Source of the DNA: Macrostomum lignano
Lineage: Eukaryota
Direction of reading: 5' to 3'
DNA: 29,837 nt
Assembly (NCBI GenBank): GCA_002269645.1
Contig: NIVC01002402.1
Location: 1-29,837, forward strand
This document shows positions 1-20,698 of the stretch, in pieces. The notes under the pieces are model-generated. The model did no database searches and was not told where the DNA came from. It saw only the letters and a program-made list of their open reading frames with translations. Numbering within the stretch: the stretch's first letter is position 1; each line of letters begins with the position of its first letter. A program made the translations under genes and the position numbers.

Positions 1-199
1 TTAATGGAAAACAATTAAAAAAAGCACATTTTCTTAAACACCAATTCTTCTTAACTTTTAAAAATCACCTTATTCATGTAAAATTGTCACGGACAATGAT
101 ATTTGCTATGAATCTATTTTTTTCTAAAATTAACAAATATACAACAAAATATAACTTTCACAAAGATAACAGACATTACCCCTAAATAGAAAATATTCC

Positions 200-530
200 C
201 AAGACAGCAAGCATCCCTCCAGATAGCAAGCACCCCCTCCAAAAGTAAGCAACCGCAGATAGCAAGCATCCCCTAATACTCGTAGCAAGCATCCACCCAG
301 ATAGCGAGCATCCTGCAGACAGCAAGCATTTCCCAAATATTGTAGAAGCATCCAGCTAGATAGCAAGCATCCCCCAAATATTGTAGAAGCATCCACCCAG
401 ACAGCAAGCATCTCCAGATAGCAAGCATCCACCAGACAGCAAGCATCCTGCAGATACCAAGCACCACCCAAATATTGCAGAAGCATCAACCCAGTTAGTA
501 AGAATCCATAAAAAGCAAACATCCCTAGAT
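200..530. repeat. Degenerate tandem repeat (core AGATAGCAAGCATCC)
   Basis: About 12-14 imperfect copies of (a/g)ga(t/c)agcaagcatcc with variable spacers. Confidence 0.75.
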
Positions 531-554
531 AGAAAGAATCCCATACATATAGCC

Positions 555-2430
555 AAGCTTATCAAGCGCAGTAATCCTTTGTTTGCCAAGCGCAGTAATC
601 ATTGCGTTTATCAAGTGCAGTAATCCTTGGCTTATCAAGTGAAGTAAGTTCTGGTCTATCAAGTGCAGTAATCCTTGGTTTATCAAGTGCAGTAAGTCTT
701 GGTTTATCAAGTGCAGTAAGTCTTGGTTTATCAAGTGCAGAAATCCTTGTTTATCAAGTGCAGAAATCCTTGGTTTATAAAGTGCCGTAAGTCTTGGTTT
801 ATCCAATGCAGTAGTCTTGGTTTATCAAGTGCAATAATCCTTGGTTAATCAAGTGCAGTAATCCTTGGTTTATGAAGTGCAGTAATCCTTGGTTTATCAA
901 GTGCAGTAATCCTTGGTTTATCAAGTGCAGAAATCCTTGGCTTATCAAGTGCAGTAATCCTTGGTTTATCAAGTGCAGTAACCCTTTGTTTATCAAGCGC
1001 AGTAGTCCTTGGTTTATCAAGTGCAGTAATCCTTGGCTTATCGAGTGCAATAATCCTTGCTTATCAAGTGCAATAATCCTTGGTTTATCAAGTGCAATAA
1101 TCCTTGGTTTATCAAGCGCAGTAATCTTTGGCTTATCAAGTGCAATAATCCTTGGTTTATCAAGTGCAGTAATCCTTCGCCTATCAAGTGCAATAATCCT
1201 TGGTTTATCAAGCGCAGTAATCCTTGGCTTATCGAGTGCAATAATCCTTGGCTTAGCAAGTGCAATAATCCTTGGTTTATCGAGTGCAGTAATCCTTGGC
1301 TTATCAAGTGCAGTAATCCTTGGTTTATCAAGTGCAGTAATCCTTGGTTTATCAAGTGCAGTAAGTCTTGGTTAATCTAGTGCAGTAATCCTTGGTTTAT
1401 CAAGTGCAGTAACCCTTTGTTTATCAAGCGCAGTAGTCCTTGGTTTATCAAGTGCAGTAATCCTTGGCTTATCGAGTGCAATAATCCTTGGCTTATCAAG
1501 TGCAATAATCCTTGGTTTATCAAGTGCAATAATCCTTGGTTTATCAAGCGCAGTAATCTTTCGCTTATCGAGTGCAATAATCCTTGGCTTATCAAGTGCA
1601 ATAATCCTTGGTTTATCAAGTGCAATAATCCTTGGTTTATCAAGCGCAGTAATCTTTGGCTTATCAAGTGCAATAATCCTTGGTTTATCAAGTGCAGTAA
1701 TCCTTGGCCTATCAAGTGCAATAATCCTTGGTTTATCAAGCGCAGTAATCCTTGGCTTATCGAGTGCAATAATCCTTGGCTTAGCAAGTGCAATAATCCT
1801 TGGTTTATCAAGTGCAGTAATCCTTGGCCTATCAAGTGCAATAATCCTTGGCTTAGCAAGTGCAATAATCCTTGGTTTATCAAGTGCAGTAATCCTTGGC
1901 CTATCAAGTGCAATAATCCTTGGTTTATCAAGCGCAGTAATCCTTGGCTTATCGAGTGCAGTAATCCTTGGCCTTATCAAGTGCAATAATCCTTGGTTTA
2001 TCAAGCGCAGTAATCCTTGGTTTATCAAGTACAATAATCCTTGGCTTATCAAGTGCAATAATTCTTGGTTTATCAAGTGCAGTAATCCTTGGCCTATCAA
2101 GTGCAATAATCCTTGGTTTATCAAGCGCAGTAATCCTTGGCTTATCGAGTGCAATAATCCTTGGCTTATCGAGTGCAATAATCCTTGGCTTATCGAGTGC
2201 AATAATCCTTGGCTTATCCAGTGCAATAATCCTTGGTTTATCAAGTACAATAATCCTTGGTTTATCAAGTACAATAATCCTTGGTTTATCAAGCGCAGTA
2301 ATCCTTGGCTTATCGAGTGCAATAATCCTTGGCTTATCGAGTGCAATAATCCTTGGCTTATCCAGTGCAATAATCCTTGGCTTATCCAGTGCAATAATCC
2401 TTGGTTTATCAAGTACAATAATCCTTGGCT
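555..2430. repeat. 24-bp minisatellite (TTATCAAGTGCA(G/A)TAATCCTTGG(T/C)), about 75-80 copies
   Basis: Period 24 read directly (e.g. tggtttatca at 1081 and 1105), with occasional 23/25-bp units; explains all long ORFs between 525 and 2435. Confidence 0.97.
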
Positions 2431-2537
2431 TCTAATCCATAATCCAGGTCTTTTTAATTAGTTTTTTTAATAAAAGCTTTCAATAAAAAATTTATGCTAC
2501 TTTTATTCTTTTATACACTACTAAGATTCGAACCCAG

Positions 2538-3600
2538 TGTAGAGTGTTCTACCTTTCGTAAAAAAAGACATAAAAGTGTTAACGTACTACTCACACATTT
2601 TATTCAGTAGTAAGTTGAAGAGCATGAATAAAGGTAGGCTTTGAATTATAAGTATATTCTGACTAACCAATAGAAAAAGAGAGACCTTGAGCATGCTAAA
2701 TTTAGAAATCACCCAATCACGTGTAACCTGTACGGGTCGAACGCAAACCCCAGGAGAGATGCATCATTCAACCGTACGCACGTGACCCAATCAAATGTAA
2801 CTAAAAATAACTCGAATGCGATGACCAATCACGCGCTTTTACACTGAACCAATGGAGTAACTTTCTACCCTGCCAAGTTTGACAGCAACCAAACCGTGAC
2901 CTTTTTGACAGCTGAAGAGTTGGACCCACGTGATCTCATGGGGGTCCATTTGCCTATAAATACAAGTGGTCCGGAACGGACCCGGAGCCACAAAATCTCT
3001 GAGAGAGAAAGCTCCGAAGAGGAAGCTCTGCAGCAGACTTCCTGAAGCAACTCGAAGACGTGGTCGAGTTCTTGCGGTGAGCCTTACTCATTTGCGCCTG
3101 TTGGCTGAGACGTCTCGCTCAAGTCCAAGAGTGACTTGAGTTTATTGTGAGTCGGTTGAAGACTCCTGAGTCTGGTTAGACTCTACTGGTTGCAGTCTCC
3201 AGAAGGACTGCCCCTGATAGATCTTAGAAGACTATCAGTGGTTTCCGGAGCTATACCTAGAGTGCATAGAGGCACTACTAGAAGGAGTAGGCTTATACTA
3301 AACCGCAGTTTGGCGCAGGGTACCCATTGTTGATTTGGAAGCATCCCATTGGTCCGCACTACAGATACCGGCCGGAAACGACTTCAGTGGAAGTAAAGGA
3401 ACGCGGACCTGGTGACGAACATCGACGTCTAGCGAAGTTCGAGAGTCAAAGGAAATCCGAGAACTACAGAACAAGGAAGAGCTCTCCGAGACAGGACTCA
3501 AGGTAATATATACCTTCATTTGATTACTGGGTTGCCTAGCTATAGAGCTAGAAGTGATTGTTCTTCGATTACCGAAAGTCGGGTAATAAGGAACACATCA
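2538..3600 (+). mobile_element. Solo LTR (1063 bp) of an LTR retrotransposon
   Basis: Starts TG (2538), ends CA (3600); flanked by a 4-bp direct repeat CCAG (2534-2537 / 3601-3604); imperfect terminal inverted repeats (TGTAGAGTGTTC / GAACACATCA); internal CCAAT cluster and TATA box; removing it restores a contiguous tRNA-like sequence. Confidence 0.8.
2667..2960 (+). promoter_or_regulatory. LTR U3-like Pol II promoter
   Basis: CCAAT at 2667, 2713, 2787, 2825 and 2849, then TATAAA at 2955-2960. Confidence 0.6.
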
Positions 3601-4403
3601 CCAGGTTGCTGCATTAGCAGTCCAGTGTGTTCACATCTAGGCTAGCTCTCATTGAAATTGTAAATGAATTTGTAGCACTTATAATTCAACACTCACACCA
3701 AGTCAATAGAGTAAAAGTTACACGAGGCAGTTATGACATAATCAATTTCTTAGGCAAGTCAGTACCAGTGTCTATTAAAGTTAGCAATATGGTTACGCAA
3801 GATAAATCAAGTATTGTGCTATGCTTCCACACTGCGTTTTCGATACTGTGACGTAATTCAATTCAGTGTCAAAATTCAGCCAGTACAGAGACGATAAATA
3901 AAAGCCTATTGTTATGATGCAATCTATTTCAGAATCAGAATTCAACCAGTCAGTTTTTTCTCTAGCATTCTTACAATGCATTTCAAGTCGAAAGAGCTGC
4001 TTGACCTTTGCAAAAAAGCATGTTTTTCGAATATTTAATCCCTTTAGCATCGAGCAATTTCTTAGCCAAGATGCATGTACCGTCACGGGCAAATTTCTGA
4101 TCGAACAGTGCAAGTTCGAAGAAAATCGGTCCAGCCATTCAGGAGAAAATCGATTTAGGGTTTAGTATATTTAAGATTAGCTAGTGGCCGTATGCTGTTG
4201 ACTTTTTATAGCTAGAATTGCGTCTAACATGTATGTCTGTTGGTTTGGGGACAAAGTAGGAAAACACGTCTCCAAACTATAACACGAGCAGGGGCGTCGC
4301 CATGGATTTTATGGTGGGGGGGAACAAAGCCGAGAATTCTACTGTAGATGTACATGACTAAATTCCTACATGTACATTATTTCTGAATTGGTGTTGTCAT
4401 CGG

Positions 4404-4738
4404 TCATTTTAGCGCTGCAGGCACTCATTTTAGCGCCGCAGGTACTTATTTTGGCGCCGCAGGCACTCATTTAGACGCCGCAGGTACTCATTTAGGCGCC
4501 GCAGGCACTCATTTACGCGCCGCATGCACTCGTTTAGGCGCCGCAGGCACTATTTTAGCGCCGCAGGCACTCATTTTTGCGCCGCAGGTACTTATTTTGG
4601 CGCCGCAGGCACTCATTTTGGCGCCGCAGACACTCATTTAGGCGCCGCAGGCACTCATTTAGGCACCGCTGGCACTCATTTAGGCGCCGCAGGCACTCAT
4701 TTAGGCGCCGCAGGCACTCATTTTGACGCCGCGAGCAC
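4404..4738. repeat. 21-bp minisatellite (GCGCCGCAGGCACTCATTT(T/A)(A/G)) inside the hAT MITE
   Basis: About 15 copies, period 21. Confidence 0.93.
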
Positions 4739-4763
4739 TATTAGTTTGGTGCTGCATGCACTC

Positions 4764-4992
4764 GGAATCTCGGCTTGGCTCTGCTCGTGCAATTAACGGT
4801 CTTGAGAGCCAAACCCCCCAAGGCGCAGTGAAGTGTACATGCCTAACGATAAAATAAATTTAGGGCCGCTGTACACTCCTGTGTGAGTGTGTGCCTGCGT
4901 ACGTATCCGCGCGCTTGTGTGCCTGCTCAGGGGAGTCGGCGGAATGGGCAGTAATGCCTCTCGCCGGTTGTGTGCCTATGTCGCTTAAAGTG
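4764..4992 (+). repeat. Interspersed ~200-bp repeat, copy 1
   Basis: GCTTGGCTCTGCTCGTGCAATTAACG...CGCTGTACACTCCTGTGTGAGTGTG...GGCGGAATGGGCAG...GTCGCTTA shared with 9345-9557 and 25346-25553. Confidence 0.92.
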
Positions 4993-5622
4993 CGCCAGGG
5001 TGCACACAACCCCCCTGCCTCTAATAAAAAAACGGGTCAACAAGGTGGGGTGGGGGGGACAAAGCATTGTCATGTCCCCCCTATAGCTTTTACTGTGGGG
5101 ACATGCCCCTCTGTCCCCCCCGGTAGCGACGCCCCTAAACACGAGGCTGAGTCTGAGTCTAGGAGGCGCCAGGAGTCCTGCGTGTGCACGAGAAGTGCCG
5201 TCAGTGCTGGCTTTGAGACAATGTCGAAGAATGCGTCGCACCAGCTAAGGAACCCTGGCCTCTGTTGTCAGCAGTAACTATTGTACCTTCGTTCCTGTTC
5301 ACTAATAATATCAACACAATCATACTTTTCAATTTTTTATTTGCTAAGCGTTTGTACCAATTTATGTAGCTCAAAGTTTATTACAAAGCATCTTGGATAT
5401 ATTTGAGCGAAGCAAACATGCAATAAGGTCATTCTACGAGCGTACGTTAGAAGCAAAGTGGCTCTTCATCCGAAACCATGATTGTGTCAGCGTTTTTTGC
5501 TAGTTTGTGATTGTGCGCGGATACTTTGAAAAAATAAAAAGGGAACATCGATTGGGTTCTTTTACAAGGTTTGCGATTTTGTTTGCAGTTCTGAAACATT
5601 AAAAAACAATACTACCGTGTAT

Positions 5623-5910
5623 TGTCTGTCTGTCTGTCTTAGTGTCTGTCGGTCTTAGTGTCTGTCTGTCTTAGTGTCTGTTGGTCTTAGTGTCTGTTGG
5701 TCTTAGTGTCTGTCTGTCTTAGTGTCTGTTGGTCTTAGTGTCTGTCTGTCTTAGTGTCTGTCTGTCTGTCTGTCTGTCTGTCTTAGTGTCTTAGTGTCTG
5801 TCTGTCTTAGTGTCTGTCTGTCTTAGTGTCTGTCTGTCTTAGTGTCTATCTTTCTTAGTGTCTGTTGGTCTTAGTGTCTGTCTTAGTGTCTGTCTGTCTG
5901 TCTGTCTGTC
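5623..5910. repeat. Compound microsatellite (TGTC)n interspersed with TTAG
   Basis: Direct reading; lies 23 bp beyond the NCKX stop codon, in the inferred 3' UTR. Confidence 0.95.
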
Positions 5911-5933
5911 TCAAGCAAAAGCAAGCAGATCAT

Positions 5934-16165
<10,232 letters not shown>

Positions 16166-17191
16166 CTGAATAATTAGAAAAATGAGCAAAAAACCACAGT
16201 AGAGTAAAGACAGTGCTCCAAGTGCAAACAGAACCCTGCCTCTTTATTCAGCATAATTATCAAACTATGCAAAAAGAACTTTAGAAATTTTTATCTACTC
16301 AGAAAGTTTCTGTGCGTCATGAGAATTTGTGTGCTTAGCCTGCATAGCTAAATAATTAGCCATCATCTACTCAAGCAGCGCACCTGTCCAGAGACCAATT
16401 CTCGCTGGAGTACCCGTTGAAGACTAATTTTAAGTAAAAAAGGTTCCACTAATGACGCTGCTAATTCTTTGGAAAATGCGTCGCATTATCGACTGTAGCA
16501 ATGCTTAGCTGTGTTTAATAGAATAATAGAATAACGTCTATTTCTTTGCCACTTTCAGATACTTCCAGGTACGGCAGTGCCTTGCACCTGCTAACATTTT
16601 GTAATGAATCGCATTAGGAAACTTTTACTTTAGCTAGCAGAAGCTGGTTTCTTGGAAATAGCATTCGCACCTTGAACTTCTGGTCGTTATGCAATCTCTT
16701 GACAACAAATAGAAAGCAAGTCAAGAAGGTACACGGGCGCTTTCACTCTAGTCTGACTTAGAGCTGCAAATCTCTACTGAACTGCTCCGCCCCTGCTCAA
16801 AAAAAGTTTTGCATAACTCAATAGTTTTACGGCTAAAAATACTCGTTGCTATGTTGGTTGCAGACAAAGAGCCTCATATAGTTCTATGCTAGCCAAGTTG
16901 CGCTAAATCAAAAAAGAGCGACAGAAGGAAGAACAGAGCAGTTTGAGCAAACCAGACTCGGACATGCTTGTCATTGCTAACAAACGAACGCCCCATCAAT
17001 CGGGCTCTCAGCTCTCAGTAGACAAGATGAAATACCGTTGGCAGCGCCTGCCTATCCCAAATGAACTAATTTACTCACGAATGCCGCGTGACAACCCGTG
17101 TTTGCTTTCGTTTCCAATCTGAAAAGCACATTTCTTTTGAACTCTAGAATATCTATTAATATACATGTGCCTGTTGGAGCCAGATTGTAAA

Positions 17192-17493
<302 letters not shown>

Positions 17494-18824
17494 TTGTCTG
17501 TATTTCGAATTTCCAGAGCGCCCTACTTTCTCAGAAGACTGAATAGTAGTATCTTTGGCATTAAAAATATATAACTCTACGAATTTTATTCAAAACAAAA
17601 GGAAAGAAAGCGAAATCGAAACTGCTACTTGTTCTTTGAGATCATCATCATTCTCCGTAGACTATACTTGGAAATGCATCACATACTTGAATACATTGCC
17701 ATCGTTACATTCATGTCGCAATTGCTTTGCTCCAATTGCCCTTTAATTAATGCCAGAGTGTACTATTATTATTAATTCAACTATTTACAAACAGCTATGA
17801 TAGCAGGGACAAGGAACTTTGGCAGCTGCGTATCGCAAATCGTTCTTAATCTTAAGGCTTATTGTCTTCTCAAAGGCATTTTGGTGGTACATACGGCCTG
17901 GGCTCGCACCCCACTGCTGTAGCTGTGTTCCCAACCCGCTGTAGCTGTCTCCCCCAGCTATAGCCGACCCTCTGTTGCTACAGGACTGTAGAACGACTCA
18001 TTTTAGATAAAATGGCAACTCAAATAAATCGGTTGGCCGCCCACAAAACTGACAAGGAGAATGAACTTCCATTTTTTCGTGAGCAAGCGAGCTTCGTAAA
18101 TCTGTCAGAACAGAGTCTGAATGTTTTACAGAGGCTCTCTTGTGACGTCTTTTTAAAGCTGGCTACTCACGAGATCCTGAATATTTTGTGAGCCTCATCC
18201 AGGCAGGCAGATAGGTAGACAGGCGAGCAGTTGTCATCGGCAACTCAAGTAGAAAGGTCGCGATTCTCTCGCAAAATCGTGCGACTCTTACTTTGCCTAA
18301 AAATCACTAGCTACAGTAAGAACTCCCAATCTCGCTACTGAATTTTACAGGTAAACCTTGCCTCATTTATCCGGATTAAGAATTAATTGTGCTCATCATA
18401 GTGTAAATTTGTTACCAAACAAAATACATTTGTATTTAGTTAGGTAAATAAGCATGTCAAGCAGAGAAGTACAATATGCCATTTAAATGATTGCTATCTT
18501 TCACATTAACCCACTGCTGATCGATATATTTACTTTGTTTATTTAAATGTCACACAAATCTAATTAAAAAATTTCCAGAGTCGCAGACTTTTAGGATCTT
18601 TTAAAAAATAAAGCCAAAAGAAACGGTCGGTCGCTGCTTGCATTAGGATGGCACGTAGCCCTCGGTTAAACATGCGCCAACTTTTCTGTTTTTAAACCCG
18701 GGGAGACTTGTTATTTTTGGTTAACAAGCATTAAAGATAAACAAATTGCGATGGATATTATCGTAGGATTTCTCGCTGACTTCATTCATAAACGGTGTTG
18801 GCTCGAGTTGCGCATGGCAACTAC

Positions 18825-19205
18825 CTACTGCGGCCGCTCATGCATGGCTCGCAGTTTCCAATAGAAATTTGAGCAGCCGCACTGGCAGGGCAGCTGCTGG
18901 TTGCCATAGTTATACCAGCTCGACTTGCACTTGAAAGCCGCCAGACAGAAGTGCCGGCAGATCATGCGCCAGTGGGCGATCACCTTGGCTGTAATCGGGG
19001 GGGGGGGCAATTCAGAGATGGTACACCTGCGTCAATTTAGAAGACACATGTGGCTAAGCCAGGACTCACCGTGCGCCGACGGTATAAACGACACGCGTTT
19101 GCTAGCGATTGAAAGGTTGTCGGTGTTAGTTGAATCTGCAGCGCCGTCCACTGCCACAGCGACAGCGCAGGCAAGAATGAAGCAGATGCCAACCAGGACT
19201 TGCAT
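18825..19205 (-). CDS. Small secreted cysteine-rich prepropeptide, 99 aa, two exons (19205-19070, 18988-18825); candidate antimicrobial/defensin-like peptide
   Basis: MQVLVGICFILACAVAVAVDGAADSTNTDNLSIASKR-VSFIPSAH|AKVIAHWRMICRHFCLAAFKCKSSWYNYGNQQLPCQCGCSNFYWKLRAMHERPQ*; GTGAGT donor (19069), C-rich tract + TTACAG acceptor (18990-18989), in-frame 81-bp intron; TATAAA upstream at 19315-19310. Confidence 0.72.
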
Positions 19206-19309
19206 TTCTGTCTCTATTGATCTATCGAGTAGCAGCTAAGGCCTTTGACTGATTCCAAATTTCCAAGTTTGCGCAGCAAAATCAGGCGCAGGGCAGCACG
19301 GGCGCTCAA

Positions 19310-19315
19310 TTTATA
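19310..19315 (-). promoter_or_regulatory. TATA box upstream of the cysteine-rich peptide gene
   Basis: TATAAA on the minus strand, 105 bp upstream of ATG 19205. Confidence 0.4.
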
Positions 19316-19747
19316 CTATTGATTTTCATCGATGCAGCCAATGAGAGCGCTAATGGGATGGCTGAAGGACGACTAATCGCAAGTGGGAGGAGCAAAGGAG
19401 AGACTGGCGGGGGCGGACTTCAATGAGGGCATGGACAACTACAGTAGAAAGACGTTTTACTCGCAAATCGTCCAAGTCACATTTGGAGGTTGGCTTTCAC
19501 ATTGCAAAACGGATGACAGACTTAGGAAGTGGGTTTAGTTTCTTTGCACCAAATTTCCTAAACCTCACCTTTACAAGTTTAGGTATATTTATTCCTGACT
19601 TATAATTTTTATTGCTTGTGCATATTACAAACTAATTTTGCTTCGTTTAAAAAATGTCCGAATTGTTATCCTTGCCACTGTAGGGTAGCAAGGCTGCCCT
19701 ACGTACCCGTCTGTGCGACGCGATTCTCAACGAGCGTTTAGCTGCTG

Positions 19748-20690
19748 ATGCCGCGAGCAGGACTTCCCACAGAGAGCCACGGATGGGGTTCTGACGACTC
19801 GTCCGATGGAGGGAGCAGCCGGCGGTCCAAGAGGGGTGGCACCTCTTTGGGTGGCGCGGCTCTGGATGTGGAGATCGAGCTCACCCGACGACGCATTGAA
19901 CTGCTAAGGCTGCAGAAAGAAGAGGCAGAGCTGCGACGGTCGGTGGACAAGGCACCAGATAATCGCGGTAAGCTACGAGAATTTTTTAGCCAGTCTGCTT
20001 GCGCTGAGTCTGATAGGTGGTCCAATGATGGTGAGCTTGATGCTGCCAATTTTGCTCCAAGCAACGCTAGAGTTTCATCTGGGCGGCTGCTCCGTATTTG
20101 CGACTTCATTGATGCCCCTGGCCAGGCTGATGAGCTTCTTTCGCAGGGTGAGACAGCAAAGCAGAATCTCAAGAGCGTTAGACCGAAATCTGTAGACTCC
20201 GTGACAGTCGGCCAATGGATTTCTGCCAATGCTAAAATCATGTATGCCATGCTGCAATCCGGACAGCTAGCGTCTCATGACACCGATAGTGAGCCAAAAA
20301 GTCTCTTGGACTACTTGCAGCACGTTATCCACATCGGCGATCTGCTTGATGGGGGGGTACGACTGGCAAGTCCTTCTTCGTTATGATGACGACCTGCGTA
20401 AGTTCCAGCATGCACACGGCTCCAAGTGGTCCCAGCCGCCTTTGTCTCTGATCTGTAAGCACCTGACGCGTGACGGCCCCAAAGAACCTTCATAGTCGGC
20501 AAGCCAGCCAGACTGGCCGCGGTGACCGCCGACAATTCGCTTCGCGAGGCCAAGCGGTCTGTGGACTGTTTAACAGCTCCACTGGATGTCAGAGACACCT
20601 GCAACTATCTGCACTGCTGTCGGATCTGTGGTGGCTCACATGCTGCTGCTAGCCACACCAACCGTGCTAATCAAGCAAAAAACTGAAAGA
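19748..20690 (+). pseudogene. gag-like ORF with three frameshifts
   Basis: Segments: ...WISANAKIMY...YLQHVIHIGDLLD / GGYDWQVLLRYDDDLRKFQ / ...VCGLFNSSTGCQR / DTCNYLHCCRICGGSH. Shifts near 20351-20357 (G7 run), about 20490 and about 20592. Confidence 0.75.
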
Positions 20691-20698
20691 AGCGCCGC

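Larger units (their letters stand above)
2521..3650 (-). pseudogene. tRNA-derived sequence (SINE head or tRNA pseudogene) split by the solo LTR; parts 3650-3601 and 2533-2521
   Basis: Rejoined minus strand reads TAGCCTAGATGTG (A-box-like)...CTGGA-CTGCTAA-TGCAG (anticodon-arm-like)...CTGGG-TTCGAAT-CTTAG (T-arm/B-box); acceptor stem does not pair. Confidence 0.7.
4289..5137. mobile_element. Non-autonomous hAT-type element (MITE), 849 bp
   Basis: TIRs CAGGGGCGTCGC (4289-4300) and GCGACGCCCCTA (5126-5137); perfect 8-bp TSD AACACGAG (4281-4288 / 5138-5145); no transposase. Confidence 0.92.

Noticed and set aside
525-2435. Long ORFs (up to 348 aa) of repeated octapeptides
   Set aside because: Consequence of a 24-bp unit lacking stops in several frames; frames switch at unit indels; no non-repetitive coding context
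3793-4165. 106-aa and 83-aa ORFs, possibly a decayed TE coding fragment
   Set aside because: No diagnostic motif recognised; needs a profile search
17079-17118. Possible 40-bp upstream NCKX exon (TTTTCAG...GTGAGT)
   Set aside because: Splice-like signals only; cannot be tied to the gene without transcript data
17780-18260. Minus-strand open stretch (about 66 codons, ending KVPCPCYHSCL) and a GTGAGT donor near 18170; possible peptide paralogue
   Set aside because: No signal peptide, no phase-compatible junction and no recognisable motif
18991-19069. Alternative 43-bp intron for the peptide gene with a frameshift at the G11 run
   Set aside because: Needs a homopolymer error and yields seven cysteines; the 81-bp intron gives an intact frame with six and uses the run as the pyrimidine tract
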